64,000 bases of DNA from Chrysomallon squamiferum (taxonomy: Eukaryota > Animalia > Mollusca), in assembly GCA_012295275.1 (NCBI GenBank), contig CM022677.1:8122001-8186000 (forward strand), written 5' to 3'. Shown here piece by piece: positions 42,023 through 51,844 of the stretch. Positions within the stretch are counted from its first letter, which is position 1; every line of letters starts with the position of its first letter. The notes under the pieces were generated by a model. The model was not told where the DNA came from. It worked only from the letters and a program-made list of their open reading frames with translations, and ran no database searches. The position numbers and the translations under genes were made by a program.

Positions 42023-42063
<41 letters not shown>

Positions 42064-42164
42064 GTCATCATTATTATTATTATTATTATTGCCATCGTCA
42101 TCGTTATTTAGCGCACGCAATAAGAACAACAAAGATAAATAGACCTCGGTTCGTTAAAGCGATC

Positions 42165-42283
42165 GTCTACGGCCACACCATGTTGAAAACACCGGTTCTC
42201 GTCCGATCACCGAAGTTAAGCAACGCAGGGCTCGGACAGTACTTGAACGGGTGACCGCCTGGGAATACTGAGTGCCGTAGACA
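42165..42283 (+). rRNA. 5S: 5S rRNA gene (divergent copy or pseudogene)
   Basis: 119 nt, gtctacggccacaccatgttgaaaacaccggttctcgtccgatcaccgaagttaagc...cctgggaatactgagtgccgtagaca. The 5' and 3' ends pair perfectly (GTCTACGGC/GCCGTAGAC) and a T-rich tract follows. Confidence 0.95.
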
Positions 42284-42638
42284 CGCTTCTTTCTTTTCTT
42301 TTCTTTCTTTCTTTCTTTCTTACTTTCTTCGTTTCTTTCTTTCTTTCTTTCTTCCTTATTTTAAGAGCAACAGCAAGAGCCAATTGACATCGGTAGCGAG
42401 TGTGTGCGTGGGCGCAGGTTTTGGAGTGACCGTGTTGTGTATGTCTGATTGTGTGCGTACGTATGTTTGTTATTTCAGAACGGGCCTGTGTGTGTGCGTG
42501 TGTGCGTGTGCGTGTGTGCGTGCGTATGCGTGTGTGCGCGTGCCGGTTCGAAAAAGGTATCTTCCAGCGTAAAATTGAATTGCGAGATCACGACGGCGCG
42601 ATAATTAATGTATTTTCATTTCGATTTTATTATCATCA

Positions 42639-42703
<65 letters not shown>

Positions 42704-42949
42704 GCCATCGTTATCGTTGTCGTTATTCAGCGCACGCAATAAGAAGGACGAAGATAAATAGACGTCGGTTCGTCTTTTTTTTTCCTTGTTTTTTTTTTTT
42801 TTTATTTTCTTTCTTTTTCTTTCAAATTTGCAGTCACTGCCGGACAATTCGGCAGTTGCCTCATCTAATGACGAATAACCTACCCATTTACAATTGACCA
42901 GGTTCTCTTCGAACATTAAAAATGATTGATTTGTTTATGTTCAGATTTT

Positions 42950-45446
42950 TTTTTTTATTGACGGAACGCTGTAATCTTGAGGATGTACCCGGAAAACAAG
43001 ATGAGCCCCAACCTGGACCGAGTTGCAACCCACAATACGTTACTGCTTCCCCAGAACTACACAATCTATTGGGTAGCAGTTCACTCTGGGGAGAAGATTC
43101 AGAGGAACCTGCTATTCCAATATTGACAAAACCACCCATGAAAACCAGACAAAAAAAAAAGTGCCAGTCATGCAAGTTATTAAATAACTCTTAACAAGTT
43201 TGAGACTAAAACAGCTACAGCTTCAAAGATCTACACACATTGCAATCCGAGATGTGAGAGTACAGCAAAAGAAAAAGGGATATGTAAAATTCTTAAACCA
43301 GACAATCAGACGGAAAGAGGAACAGATAGCAAAATTTCAAGAACAAAGTACCGTTTCAAAGGTGATCATGCATGAGGCAAAATCTGCTCTGTCAAACTTT
43401 TAAAAAACCCACGAACAACTGAAAAAATACCACAGCGGAAAAAAGAATAAAACTGAATCAGAAACTCTGCTCTCTGCCAAAAACGAAATTTCTGAGAGAT
43501 AAAATCCTGCTTGAAGAAAAGCTTCATGAGTCAGTTAGTAAACTAAAATTGACAAAGTATAATGGAAAGGTCTATTCTGCAGACCTAAGAATGATGGTAG
43601 TTGATCCTATTGTTAATCAGGTGCCAACCAGCAATATCCCTGTTCTTCTTCAGAAGTTTGTTTTGCGATGTGGTGTTCCACTGAAGGACATCCCACACAG
43701 AACCGCTACTGAGGCAATGACAAGGGAACTTGGAGTAATAACGGAATTACAGGCAGCTGAAGCTGTAATTGAAAATAAAAGCTGCACACTTGGGTTTGAT
43801 GCCACAACACAGGAGGCACACATGTGAAAGTGTCCACATTGCCACACAGAGAACTGTTATGTTGCTGCAGTTGATGAACTGGCTGGTGGGACTGCTGATG
43901 ATTACCACGAGTACATATCTGACTCCATTAAGAACTTACTAGAACATACTCAAACTTTCATGAGGATGATTATCAAACTGCAAGAAGAAAAATAATTTCT
44001 AATATTTGCAATACCCTTACTGATCGATGCCCTGCAAATCATGCTGCAATTCAGCTTCTGAATGAAACGTGGAGCAAAACACTCAATGAATTAAATTGCC
44101 ATTTGCATCAATTGGACTCAATTGCAACAAAAAACTCGTGCTGCTCTAAAGGTATGTGAAGCAGAAATCAGAATAGAAAAGAAACTTAAAGGGACAGACT
44201 GTTTGGCTGGAAACATAGTCGTGCAGATGAACAAAATGAGGTTTATGGATAGCAAGGGTGATCCTCGTGGTTTCATCATTTTTCTGGACCACGAAAACTT
44301 GGCACGTGGGATCTTACCCAGATACAGAGGTAACCGCCTACATATCCTTTTTCATATATGTGGCGTTTTCACTGGCTTCCATAATTTATTCACGAGTTTT
44401 CTGCAGAAGGGTGTATCTTGTGGTGGTTTACGGCATAGCATCCTAGCAGACTTTGTGTCTGTTCCTGCACAAGTGGAAATGCAGGTGCTTGGACTTATTG
44501 GGAAACTGCTCAGTGGACCTTGGATGACCAAGTTCTACCAATCAGCAGTTGCCCCAGAACAAGAAAAGCACATTCAGTGCATTGAGCTTGTCAAGCAAGT
44601 TATTGCCAAACTGAAAGTCAGTGCACAGTCCCCTGAAGACACTCTGTCATGCAAGATAGATTTTTTTGGACATATACTTTTGCAAGAACCAACTCTGGAG
44701 ATGCTCCAAGCAGCACCTAAAGACATCTCCCTGTTTGCGAACATGGTGAAGAGTTGTTTGTATGCAACAGTTGTCGTCCCTGAGCGGCAGTACAACAGAT
44801 ACTTCCACTGAGAGACTGAGGGATGAGACAAGGTCGGCCAGATGTCACAACATTGATGCAGAAGAGATCATGGGGATGTTTAGTTCCTTACAGAAGAAAT
44901 CCCCAAATGCTACTCTCTGCTACATCTCATGTAAAATGAGGGCCATCAAAAACAGGACAGTGGATTATCTTGATGCCCTAGACACGGAGACAAGAGATCG
45001 TATTATTAAAACGGCGATCCACATGGGCCAACAACACAGACAGGACAGGCGTACCAAGAAGAAGAATCTGAGGATAGAACAAAACAGGAGACAAGTACAG
45101 AAGCTGCAGGCAAAGGAGACCACAGAGAGGAACAGATTGGACAGAAGATTGAAAAGTGTAGACATCGACAGACTCTGTTGAATTCTCGGATCTCTCAGAG
45201 TATAAATGGGAAAAGGTAAGTGAACTTTTATAAGGGAATTCAGTGGGTAGCATGATTCGCCATACGTGGATTGATGATGGAGAAAGAGCAATATACAATG
45301 GAAAGATAGAGAAGATTACATGCAAAGGTAAGAAATATGTTGTAGCCTACTGGGGAGCAAATGAATCGTGTGCAGATGCAGTAGACCACTGTATGAACAT
45401 CCATGCTCTAGCTGCAGATCTCATTGAGGATGATCTAACTATATAA
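42950..45446 (+). mobile_element. Decayed DDE DNA transposase with CxxH motif (Kolobok/hAT/MULE-related group), frameshifted
   Basis: Motifs across frames: TLGFDATTQE (D1), AVDELAGGTADDY, TLTDRCPANHAA (D2), LNCHLH (CxxH), RYRGNRLHILF and HNIDAEEIMGMF (E), ending in VGSMIRHTW...LAADLIEDDLTI. The superfamily is not certain. Confidence 0.75.
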
Positions 45447-45589
45447 TATTTAATTTTGAATTCTAGTAGATTTTATGTACAGTTAGAAAGGTCAATTTAT
45501 CGAATATTTCAAATATCATTTTTAATAAAATATTGTGTATACATGTGTGCTTGCGTTTTAATTTTAAAATGTGCTAGAAAGATCTGGCG

Positions 45590-46975
45590 CTGTTGAAAAT
45601 GATTATATTTCTATGTTTTTTTTATATTTTTAATAACTTATTGGTTGAATGTTTTTCCTTCTCGAATGTTCTTATTTTCAGCGAGTACATTATAGTACGT
45701 TTTCTACCCTACCGAAATTGCCGTATGTACAACTAGAATGGTGTGTCGCTTTTAATATGATTATATTTCTGTTTTTAATAACTTGTTTGCTGTATGTTTT
45801 TCTTGAATGTTCTTATTTTCAGCGTGTACATTATAGCACGTGCTTAGCGAAATGGCGGTTAATTTACCTTTTCTACAGACCGAAATCACGTTGATTTTAT
45901 TTACAATCGCCGTAAATTGTTTCCTACCTAGTCATGTGCAACTACAAATAACTGGTGCTATTTGAAATGATTATATTTCTATAATTTATGTTGATTATAT
46001 TTTTAATAGCTTGTAGGATGCATGTTTTGTTGGATGTTGTGACTTTTACTAAATATAATATGTATTCGTTCTGAAATAAACGAATTGATATTGTTTTGCC
46101 GATTACTAGCATTTGATGTTAACTGTAATCCTCTGCAATACATAAACTCGTATAATCCTTGGAGTCGACTCCAGAAAGGTGTTGCCGGTCTTAATTAGGA
46201 ACAATACAATATGTATGTAATCATGACAATTAAAGACACAGGTATTGTAACTGTCATTTGAAGCAAAGAATTTTCTTGGCTTTGTGTTTGTACTTCCTGT
46301 GCTTTGACAGCAAACAAAAGATACCTATCAGTGTATCATGTGACCATCGCTGATGTTTTCTCTGATAGAGCAAGTCAACACTTCATGCAAAAACAGCCTA
46401 AGTTTTATCAATTTATGGTTTTATGATTAAAAAAATAGTGATAACATTCTATCACTATCTCTGGTACATAGATTCATGTTGTTTATATTTTAATAACCTG
46501 TTGGCTGTATCATTGTATGTTTTTCTTCAATGTTCCTATTTTTAGCTTATTCATTGTAGCACGTGCATAGCGAGATCGCCGTGCATTGTTTCCTACCTAG
46601 TCAAGTCACCGAAGACTTTATGTGCAACTACAAATAACTGGTGCTATTTTAAATGATTATATTTCTATAATCTGTGTTGATTATATTTTTAATAACTTGT
46701 ATAATGCATGTTGTATTATATGTTATGACTTTTACTGAATATAATTATAATATGTAAACGTTCTGAAATAAACAAATTAATGTTTATCTATAATCCTCTG
46801 CAATACATAAACTCCTGTGCTTTGACAGCAAACAAAAGATGTCTATCAATGTATCACGTGACCATCGCTGATGTTTTCTCTGATGGAGCAAATCAACACT
46901 TGAAGGAAAAATAACCTAAGTTTAAAAACTGAACACTTTATGATTTATCAGTTTATGGTTTTACGATTAAACAAA
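45590..46975. repeat. Patchwork of diverged internal direct repeats downstream of the transposase
   Basis: 45600-45700 matches 45757-45850 and 46485-46570; 45915-46150 matches 46585-46815; 46295-46430 matches 46813-46975. Confidence 0.8.
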
Positions 46976-47776
46976 AATTGTACGTTTGTTGAATACCTAT
47001 GAATACCTCTATGAATACCTCTGGTACTTAGATTCACAGAATACATTCATTGTACTGTTTTGTAGTACAGTTTGTTATGCTTATGATTTTTAATTCGCCA
47101 TTTATCGCCTGAATTTTAAAAGCAAAACACGAAGTTAGTTTATTTCTGATCGTATTCATATTGTAATGTATATACTTTAGAAATCCGAACACAGGAGAAA
47201 ACTATGCATCCCAAAAGTTATTAAAAATATGAACATAATTTCTATCATTTTAAATAGCAACAGATCTTTTATATGTTTGTTACTTTTTTTTTTTTTCTTT
47301 CTTTTTTTTTTTTTTTTTTTTTAAATTTGTTTTAAGGCAAGCAATATACATTTGTGGACATAACGTTTGTTATACGCCATTGGTATTGATAGCGACGACG
47401 TGTACGTTGTTAGAAATATCGACCTTCCTGGGTGCTAAAAATAGACTTGCTAAAAATAGTTGGTGAAAACTTATCACCCAACTCCTTGTAATGTCAAAAT
47501 TAACTGAGAGTTTCTGTCAATATTATAAAGAGGATGGACTGTAATTAAGATTAAAAAAGAACAAATCACAACAGAATGAATGTTTGTAATATTATGTAAA
47601 ATGTTTCAATTTGACGAAAGTTGTACATTTTGAGTTTGACAAATGTCTAATTTTGAACTGTTGCCATTATCTTTGAATTGAGCTTACGTTAACACGTCAC
47701 ACAGCAAACTGCCTAAATAACAAGTTGGTATTTGCTTCATTAATTAAACTTTTACCTGTCTGTGTATCAATTTCAG

Positions 47777-48463
47777 GTGCTGATTTATACAGGTATTTGG
47801 AAGACGCGCCAGAGCGTGTTGTTGTCATCATCAGCGCTGACCTCGCACACACGCATCTCAGCACTGGCCCATACGGCTACTCCAACGCATCAGAGCCATT
47901 CGACCATGTAAGTACAACCAGTCAGTCGTGCTTGAACCTTTTAAAAATACTTTAAAATTTCACCAGAACAACAGTATCAAAGCAGATATGTTTTGTAATA
48001 TTTTTATATTTATGATTAATAAGTGTTAACTAGACTTATTTATTTGTTTGAATTAATGAATGTAACTGACGTTTGGGAGAATTTGTAAAACTATTTATGT
48101 TTAATGTTATGGGTAGGAAAGAACATGCTGCAACTGTTTTGTCTTCATTGTTGAAAGACTTGTGTGATTAGTACATAACTGATGACAGTTTGTTTTTGTT
48201 TCATTAATACAGTTGTCACGATGGTTCTCATTATTTGAATATTTCAGGCTGTTGGTGAGTGGGCAGCGAGTCTGGACGGCATGTTGCTGTTGAACAGAGC
48301 GGCTGGACTAGTCGATCGCGCGCTGTCGTGTGGTTACACGGGTCTAGTCATGTTACATGGTCTGTTAGAATCTGCCGGGCTGTCGTCATGGTTACCAAAT
48401 GTTTTAACAAACTATCACCCAAGTTACTACGGTATGATGGTAGCATCATTCGTTCAGAGATGA
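47777..48463 (+). CDS. LigB/class III extradiol dioxygenase-like (TTE1956-like) gene, exon 3 (47777-47907) and exon 4 (48248-48463)
   Basis: Exon 3: tttcag|GADLYRYLEDAPERVVVIISADLAHTHLSTGPYGYSNASEPFDH|gtaagt. Exon 4: atttcag|AVGEWAASLD...ALSCGYTGLVMLHG...YHPSYYGMMVASFVQR*. SADLAH, CG and YYG are family motifs, and there are no internal stops. Confidence 0.85.
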
Positions 48464-49221
48464 AAACAAAACATTTCATATGGAAATGTAGAAAAATGAT
48501 ACTATAACAACGACAACAGTAATAACAGTTCTAATACTTATGTTAATGATGATGATAATGATGGTAATAATAAATAAGAACAACAACACCAATGAATATT
48601 TAGCTGTGCAGCCGTTGTTGTTTTTTTTTTTGTTGCTAAAGATTCGAGAGTTCCATTTTACATGTGCACTGATCACACTTCTGTACTTGTATACTTCTTT
48701 TAACACAACTTGCTTTTGATTTCGTCACTGACTGTTTCTGTAGACGTGTAGGCCTGTTCAGCTTTGATGCAGGCCTATCACACTTACAGGTAACACAGTG
48801 TTTCGGATGCAGCGTTATCTACAACATGTTATTACAGCTTCGATGATGCTGAATTACGAAAGAAAAATGTGAGGCGCGGCCGCTGAAAAGGAGCTAAAGT
48901 AATACGCCATTATTACCTCAGATTTTCTCACTTACAAATCAGCTTTTAATAATAATGACGATGACGATGATGATGATGATGATGATGATGACAATAATAA
49001 ACTTTGATGTTACTCCAAAGCAACCATGTAGTCTTCTATAAATCTGTATTAAAGAACGTTTTTCTAAAACAATGTATTGATACAAACTACAGTCATGCAT
49101 CGCTTAACGTTTCATGTACACGCCCTTTGCCCGTAAAAATAACAAGAAAATAAAATACTATTTCCTTCAGATGTATTGTTGCTCTTAAAGGAAAAACACA
49201 GAAGGGCATGTAAGTCTAGAG

Positions 49222-50822
49222 CAGTGATTCCCATCGTGGGAAGTTATGAAATTTCTCTTCTCATAGCAAAATGTGGCAAAAATCATACAATAGGGCAGAA
49301 TTTAATTAAGCCCGCAATATCAACTTTTCTGAAAGTAGTTCTTGAAAAAAGATGACCAAGATCTCAATCGCATGTCGCTCAGTAATAATACTGTTAGTAG
49401 CAGGATTGATGAAATGAGTTGTGATGTAGAAGTACAACTTGTTGAAAAATTAAAATATACAAATTTTTCAATACAGTTGGACGAATCAACTGTAAGAGAT
49501 AGTGAAGCTCTATTAATGGCCTATGTAAGATATGTTGATAATGGAGAATTTATTGAGGATATGCTATTTTGCGAAGCATTAGAATCCACCACAAATGCAA
49601 TTGATATGTATAAGAAATTAAAAACATATTTAGATGATAAGCAGATACCAATGGAGAACATTATATCTTGTGCTGCAGACGGTGCTCCAGTGATGATGGG
49701 CAAGAAAAATGGAGTTTTAAAATTATTGAAAGACGACAATCCCCAAATGTTGTTAGTGCATTGTGTTATTCATAGACAGAATTTAGTTTCCAAAAAAGTT
49801 TCCCTTGTTCTAAACGAGACATTGAATGCAGTTATAAAATACATCAACTCTATAAAAGCTAATGCCAAATGTGAGCATCTTTTCAAACAGTTTTGCAAAG
49901 ATCAAAATGGAGACTATGTAAGATTATTACTTCATACAAGATGTAAAATGGTTATCAAAGGGGAATTGCCTGAACAGATTCATGGAATTACTTGATATTC
50001 TTAGTGAGTTCTTGGATGACAAACCTTATATGACTCTGTTACTGACTGTTTGATGGTAAAGCACTTGTCAGTTATTTAGCAGATATATTTGCTACTTGTC
50101 TTGTTATTGTGGAGCACTTAAAACACAATGGTACGCGATTTCAACTTCAGATTTTCTGATTTGAAAGAAATTAATTATCCATCTTGGATGACTCAGCCAT
50201 TGCTAGTGGATCTGTCAGATGTAACCATGGAGTATCAAGGAGAACTTTCAGAATTACAAAATGATGACTCGATTAAAGTCCTGTTCAAAATAAAAAGAAC
50301 AATGATGTGGCTCTGTGAAGAAACAAAAGCTAAATATCGAAATACAAGTAGTTTGGCAAGAAAACTGCTGTTAACATTCCCATCGTCATACTTAGTGGAA
50401 TGTGGATTTAGTGCTGTGAATGACTTATTACTGAAGAAAAGAAACCGACTGGATATCACTAAACGAGGCGACTTGAGATTGAAATTAACAAAATTTCTGC
50501 CTCGGATAAAATCTCTTTGCAGTAGTCATCAGGCTCAAGTGTCTCATTAATTGATTGTAATTGAATTTATTTAATCTGATGGTAGATATGTTATGTACAT
50601 TATGAAATGGATTTTATTCGATTAAATTTGAAGTTAAACACTTTAGTTTTATTTGAAAGATACAATTTTTTATGTTATACTTCTTCAAAACTGATATTGT
50701 TGTATCATACTAAACAATTAACTGATATTGTTATATCATACTAAACAATTAACGGGTGGGGGACATGAAGAAATTTGTGATAAAAAAGTGGGGCATGGTA
50801 CTCAAATGGTTGGGAACCACTG
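49222..50822 (+). mobile_element. hAT (Buster/Charlie, ZBED5/SCAND3-like) transposon, internally deleted and frameshifted
   Basis: Terminal inverted repeats cagtgattccca and tgggaaccactg, with an 8-bp TSD gtctagag/ctctagag. Motifs include FSIQLDEST, CAADGAPVMMG, VHCVIHRQNL, FPSSYLVECGFS and DLRLKLT...HQAQVSH. The N-terminal BED region is missing. Confidence 0.95.
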
Positions 50823-50863
50823 CTCTAGAGTCATATGATTTAAGAACGAAATAGAAAGTCGAG

Positions 50864-51844
50864 ATGTGTTTTCCAATTGTGATTGTGTTTTTCACATCAC
50901 TTGATTTATCTTTCTCCAAACTACTGGCCGGGTTCGTTCTGCCGCACGGCGGAATTGCTCTGGATCCGAAACATTTCAATACAACCAACCACACAGCAAA
51001 ACAAGAAGCGTGGAAAATTCACGAAACCTGCAAATCAGTCGGTCAGACGATTCTGTCTTTATCGCCCGATATACTTTTTCTGAGCATGCCCCATGGTATT
51101 TCTGACTTAAATAACTTTGTGTTCTACTTAAATCCCACAGGAGAAGGCTTTGCAGATACTGATAATTGCAACTGTCCTCCTTGTTGTTATAAAGTAACCG
51201 CTAATCTTTCTAGCCAACTTTCGGAAGACATCGTAAATAAATTTGGCTATGCTCGGAATATTTCGGGATTAAGCGGTTATGGTCCACCCGGTAAAAGCGA
51301 TGAAGCATTTCCAGTGAGGTGAGAAATAGCATGCATGTAAAAATTAGCATAAACACCTCTTTTTTAAATTAGCATAGACTAATAATACTGACAGCAAGAA
51401 AACATTATCGTATAAAAATATAGTTATTGATATACCAATTTCTGTTTTCGATTAATGCAAAGTCTCACAAAAGACTGAGGACCCACAATATGCCGTTTTC
51501 GAAACGTACAGTACATAAATATTGTATATTTATTTGCAATCCTATTGATAATATATTATACAGAAATGTTTCTATATATTTTATCCCAAAACTAACATTA
51601 TTAATAAATACTCTTGTAAAGTAGTGTCAAACAATTTTTTCTTTTAAATTTCATTTTCTTGTATTCATTTTGTTACATATTTATTTATTTATTTATTTAT
51701 TTATTTGGCACACATTAAGATGGGGAGAAGTGATCCCACTTCATTTGATACCAGATCTGGAAAACACAAAAGTTGTAATTCTCTCGCAGCCCAGCAGACG
51801 ATATACACATGATGTTGCCATGATATCAGAACTTCTCCATTTAG
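50864..51844 (+). CDS. LigB/class III extradiol dioxygenase-like (TTE1956-like) gene, exon 1 (50864-51318) and exon 2 (51720-51844); hydrophobic N-terminus suggests a signal peptide
   Basis: Exon 1: MCFPIVIVFFTSLDLSFS...VLPHGGIALDP...PDILFLSMPHG...FPVR|gtgaga. Exon 2: taag|(R)WGEVIPLHLI...SQPSRRY...ELLHL(G)|gtagtt. Splice phases are consistent. Confidence 0.85.

Noticed and set aside
50749-50994. Minus-strand ORF overlapping LigB exon 1 (also 3326-3691 +, 44574-44831 - and 60669-60959 -)
   Set aside because: They are antisense shadows of real or decayed coding sequence.
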